DNA of 15,735 nucleotides. Origin: an uncultured bacterium. GTDB lineage: Bacteria; UBP14; UBA6098; B30-G16. Shown here one piece after another: positions 12,201 to 15,735 of the stretch. The notes under the pieces were generated by a model. The model did no database searches, was not told the origin of the DNA, and was given only the letters and a program-made list of their open reading frames with translations. The stretch spans positions 1 through 15,735 of the forward strand of contig CBEVQY010000042.1 of NCBI GenBank assembly GCA_965552135.1. Reading direction: 5' to 3'. How positions within the stretch are numbered: the stretch's first letter is position 1; the number at the start of each line of letters is the position of its first letter. Position numbers and translations under genes: made by a program.

Positions 12201-15200
12201 CCGCCATCGCCTACACATCGGGCGGCATAGCTACGTCGCAGCTTATATCCGCCGTCTCGCCCGATACCGTTGTTATTGCTGCGATAAGCGGCGCCGTCGC
12301 CGATACGGATACGGTGATCCTCGTTCCCGGTCCGCCGGCGAGGATGTCGATCTGGGCAACGCCCGACTCGATGCTCGTGGCAAACGGGAACGACTCGCTG
12401 CGCATATGGGTCCAGGTTCTCGACGACTACGGCAACCCCGTCCGTGCGGGGCAGCCCGTGAGCTTCTCCACAACCATCGGCATAATTACGCCCAACGCCT
12501 ACACCGACGAAAACGGTCAGGCTTCGGTTATACTCACGAGCGAGTATGAGGTTGGTTGGGCGCAGGTTACGGCAACTTGCGGCGGCGCAACGGCGAGCAT
12601 GCTCGTACAGTTCGTCCCCGACTCGGTGGGGCAGGTGATACTTTCGGTAAACCCGATAGAGCTTGTTGCCGACGGCACGGCAACGGCAAACGTCTCTGTG
12701 ACCGTGCTCGATGTAAACAGCCACCCGATCGCCGACGGCACGCCCGTCCTGTTCTCGGGGCTTTCGCTTGGGCTTGTGGATCCGCCCATCGTCACGACCA
12801 CGGGTGGGTCTGCCTCGGCTACGCTTGTGGCGTTTACCATAGTCGGTCAGGATACGCTTGTGGCAAGCTGCGGTGATGTGGCAGACTCGGTCGCAGTTAC
12901 GTTTGTCGCCGGACCGCCCGCGAATATCGTCCTTACGCCGAACCAGATCTTCCTCATCTCCGACGGTCTCGACACAACCTCCGTCATAGCCACCGTTACG
13001 GACGCCGCGGGCAACCCCGTCAAGGACGGGACGCTTGTGAACTTCAGCGTGACGCCGTCGGAGATGGGGCACGTTTGGGAGGTCGGTGTTACCTCCTCCG
13101 GCGGTCAGTGTCGAACGGTCTTCCGTGCAGGGACGCAGCCTGGCGTCGTTGCCGTCAACGCGACTTCGGGCAGCGCTACGGGAACCTGCATCATCGAGCT
13201 TGTGCCGCCTTCGGTGGAGTCGATTGAGCTCTCCATCGCCGACCACTACCTGCCGGGCGACGGTCTTTCGAGCACACAGGTTACGGCGATGGTATTCGAC
13301 ACCCTTGGCCTTCCTGCACCCGACGGCACTGGCGTCCACTTCGACATAACGGCAGGCTCTGTGCCAGCAAACCTCTTCCCCGCCTGGGCTCAGACGTCGG
13401 ACGGGGTTGCCACCGTGCAGCTTATCGCGCCCACAGCGGTTGGCGTGTGCTCCGTTTACGCGTACATCGACACGGGCGGCGCGGTTTCCGTGATGAGCGA
13501 CACCGAGGTCGTGTACTTCGAGGGCGGCGAGCCGCAGGTGATACTCTTCAGCCCCACAAGCCTCACGCTGCCCGCCGACGGCGCAACCGACACAACCTGC
13601 ACCCTCTGGGTGCTCGACAGATACGGCAACCCGGTGGGCGCGCAGCCCGTCAACATGTCCCTCGACCTCGGCAGGGTGACGCCAAGCGTCGTGGTGACCG
13701 ACACCTCGGGCAGGGGCACGTTCCAGGTCGTCTCGTCGCGCAACATAGGCGACGGCGTGGTCCAGGCGATAGCAGGGAGCGCAGAGGGCTACATGAACGT
13801 CCACTACGAGCCTGTGCCCGTCGACACGATCCTGCTTTTCGCAACGCCATCGATACTCCCTGCCGACGGCACAAGCCAGTCGACAATCACGGCGATTGTG
13901 CTCGACTCGCTCGGGAGGCTTGTCTCCAATGGCATCGGCGTGTTCTTCTACACCACCGACGGCTACATCACGCCGTACGACACCACCGCCGACGGGCAGG
14001 CGCAGGCCATACTGACCGCCATAGATACGGCATCGGTTGTGACGGTGACGGCGGTGTGCGAGCCAGAGACGGCGACGATCCAGGTGACGTTTACCCCCGG
14101 CGTGCCCGACACGGTTCTGGTGCACTTCTCGCAGGGGATAGACACCGTTGGCAGCAGCACCATCGACTCGATCTACGGCTACGTCCTCGACACGTTGGGC
14201 AACCCGGTTGGCGAGGGATCGCTTGTGGAGCTTTGGCTTTCCACCGACGCCTCGGGGCTTGACACCTGCGGCGCCGGTGGCGAACCCTGCAGCCTGGGAA
14301 CGATCGCCGACGTCACCGTCCTGACCGACCCATCAGGCAGATTCTCAACGCAGTTCACCCCAGGAACAAAAGCCGGAGTCATCTGGGTTCAGGCGAAATC
14401 GGGCAACGCCTTCGGCAGAGACTATATGATTCTCGACCCCGAGATCGCCCACACCGAGAGCATAGACGTCGACAGGAACCACATCTACGTTCGCGGCTCG
14501 GGCAATATCGACCAGGCGGTGCTTACCGCCTATATCTACGACAGATACGGCAACCCCGTGAAGGACAGCACGAAGGTTATCTTCTGGTGCACCAACTACC
14601 CCGGCGGCGCAGACCCCGACAGGCAGCCATCGCTTGAGCCGCCACACCCAACACTGGGGCAGCTTTGGTCCGACACTGTGTACACCCTAAGCGGTCGAGC
14701 GAACGTGACCGTTCGAGCTGGCAAGGCTTCGGGGGTCGTCATAGTCCGCTCGGCGGTGCTCGATGGCTCCGGCATAGTCTCGGAGGCGCCGAGGATCACG
14801 ATAGCCAGCGGATTGCCCTACTACATCTCCGTCTCCCGCACCGACTGCAACGTGCCCGGCTGGCTCGTGGACGGACTGTCCGACACGATAATGGCTATAG
14901 TCTCCGACAGCATGGAGAACCCGTGTCCGAACGTCGCCGTTTACTTCACGTGCGACGAGGGGATCGTCACGGGCTCCGCCACCACCGACAGCAACGGGAT
15001 CGCGTACGCCACCTGGTATTCTGCTGATCCTCGTGACGACGGTGTTGTTTGGGTGCACGCCCGCACGCGCGGCGACTCATCCGCATCATGCAACGGAGAA
15101 GCGGGCTGGGTTTGCGACAGCGTCTCGCTTTTCAACTCCGGTCCCGCGACGAACCTGAGCATAACCGTCACCCCCGGCTCCGTCAACGCCGATGGCACAA

Positions 15201-15735
15201 GCACCGCCGATGTGGTCGTCACGGCAACCGACGTGAACGGAAACCCTGTGGTCGACGAAACGGAGGTCACCCTCGAGGTCAACATAGGCTCCATAACGAG
15301 CCCTGTAATGACCTACAACGAGTGTTACGGCACGCGCGCCGATGCAACGTACACAAGCGCCGTCGTCGACGTTGATCAGAACTGCGGCAGTCCTCAGGTT
15401 GCGACTGCGACGATAACGGCGCGTGCGGACTTCGCAACGGCGACCGCCACCGTCAACCTCATGGGTGGCGACTGCAGCTCCGACAACTCGTCGATGACCG
15501 CGCCGGGAACGGTCCCCATGGGCGGCGACTTCGCCGTCGTCGTCACCGTCAGAGACATCTGGGGCAACCCCATCTGCGGCGAAAGCGTTTTGCTGACAAG
15601 CGCGCTTGGGGCAGCTATTGCTCCACCCAACCCAGCCACAACGAACAGCTCGGGACAGGCAAGCTTTATGGTCACTGCCATAACCGACACCGTCTCCCGC
15701 ACCGACCTGCTCACCGCATCCTTCGGCGCGTGCGC
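146..15735 (+). CDS. Giant putative surface lipoprotein/adhesin with ~49 tandem Big_1/invasin-like Ig domains; 3'-partial, at least 5,196 aa
   Basis: ATG at 146-148, 9 nt after GGAGGT. Hand translation of frame +2 shows no stop from 146 to the window end (MKCKRLLFLV...DLLTASFGAC). A motif of the form [LI]xADGxSxxx[IV]TAxVxDxxGNPVxxGxxVxFxTxLG...TDxxGxAxxxLxxGxxxGxAxITA recurs every ~290-320 nt. This matches what is known of Big_1 / invasin domain-3-type repeats. Family assignment is by motif recognition only. Confidence 0.95.
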   Translation, partial: MKCKRLLFLVALSFFLGVLVVFWGCQEGGGPTAPFFKVWTIETIYSATGLSEAGDPLTVFAGQANTVCARIFRIDEKGDTVWIPTDETVYFTVDAQVSQGGAVQDQILADETGVNPSEPGLACFSFVLPESTVALSVTVKVIGYAEYTKSQDFVVYSAVDQGQLSLYGEANEVVVGSGQVKFWAVAKTSFGSPVQNELVCFYSADRTMGVFSDSCLFTNSAGACTTYFVIGTKAGIDTICASDTRGNTVCGVIIVDPEVANTCSLAADRYHIYRCGFGAYDQTDIYAYIWDRYWNPVKSGTKVVFRIESFTYEDSCGNPVEDNCYPCPGLEPEHPVLGRWVSDTVLVQRGFAADGTTEVAFATVKLKAGRVPGVVSVSVEVCDGSGTTAEIPQINISSGQPHYISLSARVPGSSTWEAGDPSLGYYSAPIDYAMWGACTQDSMPLEVMAVVSDEFHNPIPNVSVWFTTTSGVVGGWPGAPSVAVTTDSMGICQTYWFSSDRRELDSCVVMLKAYCDEVDVGDSLFFYLRYPTGDLCCDPCENIHFEYATVTPETIDGSGLDSATIEVKLNYNNIPLPNYEVFFRAGYGGLSAHVDTTDQSGVASVKYAAVNPSENVISDVVRIISGDYCETTSVVVYIRPVSVALNVSLIADEYNPSIGGELVNLYGYVLDQYGDPVHIPLPLEWFSTADTFPSMGALVSASSFTDTLGTFGATFQTGTEAGVVTITVVVASTGTASVVLNVLGGVVTLVADDYDPSVGGEIVHLSGAVRNVLGEPITTPMPISWQLLLPDGSIAPATMGMLDSLSYYSDTLGNFGGVYVTGTEVGTVLVVADVAGVGSDTVRITVHSGPPAAIDLSVSPAVDTVGGLVPDTVYGCITDSFGNPVEYSGVVELWLAYDPAGDSVCYPCPFGSVEPSSVVPDSLGCFTALFTPGTMSGVVWIHAQADSAHGAASIIIYPQLARSCSIAVSRQHIRTCGNAPYQTLVTAFIFDQFGNPVSDMTPVMFAIDTFTYMDACTVWDDSCLAPCPRLVPSHPTMGYLFSDTVYTVDGATQVTLKAGTLPGVVRVAAYVLDGSGEMATSEMINISSGQVQLLSLSARRRSNIDDETGNPCLSVPPYTCEYCSWDYNWWSGDPSMNGYAPQLNLPNAWNMDGDTCNGLWIQLRVSATDSFGNPIPNATIHFSCDEGRVGGYPSGLADSIALTDSFGLAYSYWYAADPRIDGQVWIRALCADAGVGDSLYFYMLDTLGIPPFDTVVHNLIYVVPDTVFGDGLSTADIMVRITRNGNPVPNYPVYFFADSGSIVSPVFTDSIGYARTTYYSGTNHHMTPPVITTDRITVVAGVDTSYFNIYLLPVDPILPYVAYVLLDLEPDEVTVGDTAVLVGLVLDGYGFPVRLPVPVNFALHQNGLPAPLGMGMISPAYTYTSTNPESLGYFRAVFRSGTQAGELWIVVQVEDVLDSILVSINGGAPQSITVVPEDSLLEADGRSSMTVTAYVTDAYGNPVEGEVVNFSTTLGQVAPSSAVTDESGAATTILTSGLETGIATITATCGDQSGTATVEFVAATVHFIILHVDPNRLVADGTSVATVTADVRDQYGQPIADGTIVSFRCLDSLGNPVGSIDTISTTTGGVATANLTAPTVACDAWVFATAMGHTDSAQVSFTPGEVFYLTVDAYPDSIPADGMSQSTVVARAFDQFGNPVGLGQRIDFSTDLGNLVYDYSFTNDTGVAEVPLVSARETGVAHITASSASAEANTEVVFTPVTAAMVIVTADTISLPADGVSSTTIRATALDSTGAAVPDGTPIFFETDLGLVIPGVAYTDSGEASVALRAPTTPGLATVIADAGGGVEGTTYVQFVADVPAQIIISASPSVLPADGETTAAITGTVYDANGNHVGAGISVSLATNLGFVDTVAFTDSTGSFSATFQAGITPGTAVIVATCGDAVGQTMISLVPTDVGVVYILVDPNELVADSRSEATVTGRVTNTIGNPIADGTPVRLEVHCSDTLGCEGYGEVMPVTAHTDSGNFSATFVAGTKIGRVWIVASVDTISDSVFVDLVPGEADSIALSASPTSIPADSFSTSTITATLYDRFGNRLGSGATVNFSTTLGEISPTSTTTNSSGEATATLRSGRVPGVALVRASSGSAVNETEVVFTQTGGAIVVVTASPGQIVADGMSTTMIQAQVSDSLGNPISDGTPVMFVQVVDTAAGEDTLGLLVPSVGFTSGGVAAVQFRSRTKTGRATVRACVDSVHCGETFVDLVAGPADSIYLVAADTALPADGTSITDITASVFDRFGNAVENGRMVSFTTTLGQLYPSSAPTNSSGQATVMLTSATTPGVARITAQCEDAYASVDVNFGMTPPVYLSVTANPRYLVADGISTSTVTAHLINSVGGPVLDGTMVVFHSVDASGAPFGDIDTVATTTNGEASVELVAPTRTGVAYVSATYYGESDTLSDTVTVTFTAGDPAEVQVWVSPGTLYANDTLSARVTIVVTDVFGNLVDPGYTVSISTDNGEVFPTTGYTGDTIVCTYYPGELVGRAVITASCGGLNGVAVVELVSQAVANLAVYADSAYLTANGLSTTPVHIVAQDSMGHPVPDNTPVYVTTSAGAVFPGVTYTSGGEATVTLRSGTHAGDTAVVLVVAGAVSGTLRVPFVAGPPAIVTVVPQRTNISADGEDTTLVRAYITDLQGNWVSEGLLVSFATTLGEIDSLDVTHSIGGDTTGYAEAMFHAGIEPGVALVTVTCGDAVGTGRITLSPTNVGEVAIFADPDIIVADGHQTSNIHGYVRNVLGNPIAEGTEVRLGVTPDSLGNISPATVYTDSGNFSATFTAATYVGTVWVWMEVGSVRDSVAIELVPGAPHTIVMTPTFGTIPADSSTVDTIGVVVYDRYGNRVRGGITVEFTTSLGELFPTSNETNASGSTYVFLRSGHETGVARVVGRADSARGECSIVITETQPTTVYLTVDPQTLMADGYSTASLTATVLDTSGNLISDGTPVIFTLVDESFGVTVPGISYTHSGVATSTFRASVRKGRAAIVAMTDTAHTDTVYLTLTAGPPATINLTANPDTLSANGMDRSDITAVVYDEWGNPVDAGQTVNFNSTLGTILYSTLLTDDSGTARTVLQAGSVPGECQVSAQCGGVYDVTSVYFRPSQISTIVLSADPAELVADGVSSSAIIAQAFDASGSPVTDNTRIYFWVRPASSGTVISPRFTSGGQAATSFVVGTSVDSGYVWVFAGDTLPPATTVMDSVRILLRPGEPAYVVVWMDSAHAPAGTLYADGNDGAWIYARVYDAYGNHVLGGNTVSFSTTMGRFSPTSSMTDTSGLARAFLQAGLETGTATVTVTCGSAMGFLGVEMIETRIEGILLTTDKPVLRADGVDMATVTATVYAPGGTPVSDGAIVHFFAESAWVHLLPEETYTDSGEAQSTVRADTIARSAVRVFAYATLGGDTSDTAALTFRLDPGDPARMVISPSPSDSARIPADGASSVTIDVWVYDQYSNPIRAGSTVRFSTTLGTITDVSFTDMSGHASALLTAGTETGNAVVTITCGDITGFTQVTFYELLTAELIMTISPIQLIADGVSSATITVNAYDSAGFPVSDGSRIVLTQHDTTGGFVQGVITPHIAYTTDGVITSTLTAPVKVGKGRIYAYADTVGSAIVDSFDVQYVAGPPAVIRFDTTGFGSFMADGRFYPVPVVVKDAYGNPVEVGTEVTFSTTLGEIQSPAVVANDTGGAVTYIMSHETGPAVITARSGDAIATAHCSFSEIEGNWISVIANPYIITADGVSQSVITATLMDTSTGMFIPVSDGVPVQFRVSGPGILASSIAFTENGQASVTFTAGTRSDTTTIYAIGPVIPPGDTLKDSVKVYLAPGPPAVVEFISSYLHDLPANGTDTMQVWVRVLDAFGNGVQRGTPVSFSTNLGSITPNSAVDDSGYAWAILTASSTPGVATLSATCQGATGYATIAMQQLVADSIILAVYPREIVADGASTSDLTAVVFDSTGLPVSDGTIVRFSASRGLTNPAIAYTSGGIATSQLISAVSPDTVVIAAISGAVADTDTVILVPGPPARMSIWATPDSMLVANGNDSLRIWVQVLDDYGNPVRAGQPVSFSTTIGIITPNAYTDENGQASVILTSEYEVGWAQVTATCGGATASMLVQFVPDSVGQVILSVNPIELVADGTATANVSVTVLDVNSHPIADGTPVLFSGLSLGLVDPPIVTTTGGSASATLVAFTIVGQDTLVASCGDVADSVAVTFVAGPPANIVLTPNQIFLISDGLDTTSVIATVTDAAGNPVKDGTLVNFSVTPSEMGHVWEVGVTSSGGQCRTVFRAGTQPGVVAVNATSGSATGTCIIELVPPSVESIELSIADHYLPGDGLSSTQVTAMVFDTLGLPAPDGTGVHFDITAGSVPANLFPAWAQTSDGVATVQLIAPTAVGVCSVYAYIDTGGAVSVMSDTEVVYFEGGEPQVILFSPTSLTLPADGATDTTCTLWVLDRYGNPVGAQPVNMSLDLGRVTPSVVVTDTSGRGTFQVVSSRNIGDGVVQAIAGSAEGYMNVHYEPVPVDTILLFATPSILPADGTSQSTITAIVLDSLGRLVSNGIGVFFYTTDGYITPYDTTADGQAQAILTAIDTASVVTVTAVCEPETATIQVTFTPGVPDTVLVHFSQGIDTVGSSTIDSIYGYVLDTLGNPVGEGSLVELWLSTDASGLDTCGAGGEPCSLGTIADVTVLTDPSGRFSTQFTPGTKAGVIWVQAKSGNAFGRDYMILDPEIAHTESIDVDRNHIYVRGSGNIDQAVLTAYIYDRYGNPVKDSTKVIFWCTNYPGGADPDRQPSLEPPHPTLGQLWSDTVYTLSGRANVTVRAGKASGVVIVRSAVLDGSGIVSEAPRITIASGLPYYISVSRTDCNVPGWLVDGLSDTIMAIVSDSMENPCPNVAVYFTCDEGIVTGSATTDSNGIAYATWYSADPRDDGVVWVHARTRGDSSASCNGEAGWVCDSVSLFNSGPATNLSITVTPGSVNADGTSTADVVVTATDVNGNPVVDETEVTLEVNIGSITSPVMTYNECYGTRADATYTSAVVDVDQNCGSPQVATATITARADFATATATVNLMGGDCSSDNSSMTAPGTVPMGGDFAVVVTVRDIWGNPICGESVLLTSALGAAIAPPNPATTNSSGQASFMVTAITDTVSRTDLLTASFGAC
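911..2060 (+). repeat. Specialised Ig-domain cassette, copy 1 (domain types X-Y-Z), within the CDS
   Basis: Diagnostic peptides: DRYHIY, DRYWNPVK, LEPEHPVLG, SDTV, DGSG, INISSGQ, SLSAR, YWFSSD, VGDSLFFY. These recur in copies 2 and 3. Boundaries approximate. Confidence 0.8.
2690..4200 (+). repeat. Specialised Ig-domain cassette, copy 2 (W-X-Y-Z), within the CDS
   Basis: Diagnostic peptides: DTVG, VELWL, FTPGT, RQHIR, LVPSHPTMG, SDTVYT, VLDGSG, INISSGQ, SLSAR, FSCDEG, YWYAADPR, VGDSLYFY. Boundaries approximate. Confidence 0.8.
4541..14095 (+). repeat. Central stalk of 32 tandem Big_1-like domains in 16 alternating A/B pairs, within the CDS
   Basis: I counted 32 occurrences of the DxxGNP-type motif, or an equivalent, at ~300 nt spacing. 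Odd units mostly read Dx[YF]GN...F[ST]TxLG. Even units mostly read D[ST]xGxP[VI]xDGTx[VI]xF. Repeats are visible at protein level and strongly diverged at DNA level. Confidence 0.85.
14096..15465 (+). repeat. Specialised Ig-domain cassette, copy 3 (W-X-Y plus a Z-position domain), within the CDS
   Basis: Diagnostic peptides: DTVG, VELWL, FTPGTKAG, DPEIA, DRNHIY, DRYGNPVK, LEPPHPTLG, SDTVYT, VLDGSG, FTCDEG, TWYSADPR. Same order as copy 2. Boundaries approximate. Confidence 0.8.

Noticed and set aside
11603..14125. 840-aa minus-strand ORF, plus other long antisense ORFs (e.g. 5195-6610, 3482-4357, 2438-3247)
   Set aside because: They lie wholly antisense to the giant CDS. Their translations are R/G/V/H-rich with no recognisable domain. 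They are best explained as shadows of the biased codon usage of the real gene.
2139..14554. Short exact DNA repeats of 16-22 nt (5595-5616/10389-10410; 11620-11640/12508-12528; 2139-2158/14172-14191; 8796-8815/14535-14554; 4120-4135/7216-7231) as possible CRISPR, DGR template/variable repeats or recombination sites
   Set aside because: All are in frame, and most encode conserved repeat peptides (YTDSGEA, ENGQASV, YGYVLD, YDRYGN). They have no regular spacing or adenine-specific mismatch pattern. No cas, reverse transcriptase or recombinase gene is present in the window.
151..15375. Short + strand ORFs in frames +1 and +3 in the supplied track (e.g. 151-477, 6880-7539, 10363-11256, 13447-14262)
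   Set aside because: These are Arg-rich out-of-frame readings overlapping the frame +2 gene, which has the SD, signal peptide and coherent domain repeats.
146..15735. Programmed frameshift, stop-codon readthrough, intein or embedded catalytic domain
   Set aside because: The frame is continuous under the standard code, and essentially every segment fits an Ig-like repeat or a loop insertion. I saw no intein, protease, nuclease or RTX motifs.

Overview
Almost the whole window (146 to the right edge) is one uninterrupted + strand ORF in frame +2. The supplied ORF track misses it, presumably because it has no stop codon inside the window. I translated it by hand and found no stop in 5,196 codons. 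It has a GGAGGTG ribosome-binding site, a lipoprotein-type signal peptide (MKCKRLLFLVALSFFLGVLVVFWG|C), and about 49 tandem, highly diverged ~95-160 aa Ig-like domains resembling bacterial Ig group 1 (Big_1)/invasin-intimin stalk domains. No invasin beta-barrel or LysM is visible. The architecture is hierarchical. A Cys/aromatic-rich cassette of specialised domains occurs twice near the N-terminus and again ~11 kb later. Between these lies a 32-domain stalk of alternating A/B domain types that contains an 8-domain (~2.4 kb) super-repeat. The protein is very Lys-poor (~32 Lys) and carries ~100 D-[ST]-[AILMTV] motifs. The first 145 nt are AT-rich and non-coding, with promoter-like elements and a possible hairpin over the Shine-Dalgarno sequence. 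All ORFs in the supplied track appear to be shadow ORFs of this gene. All counts and alignments were done by eye, with no database searches.
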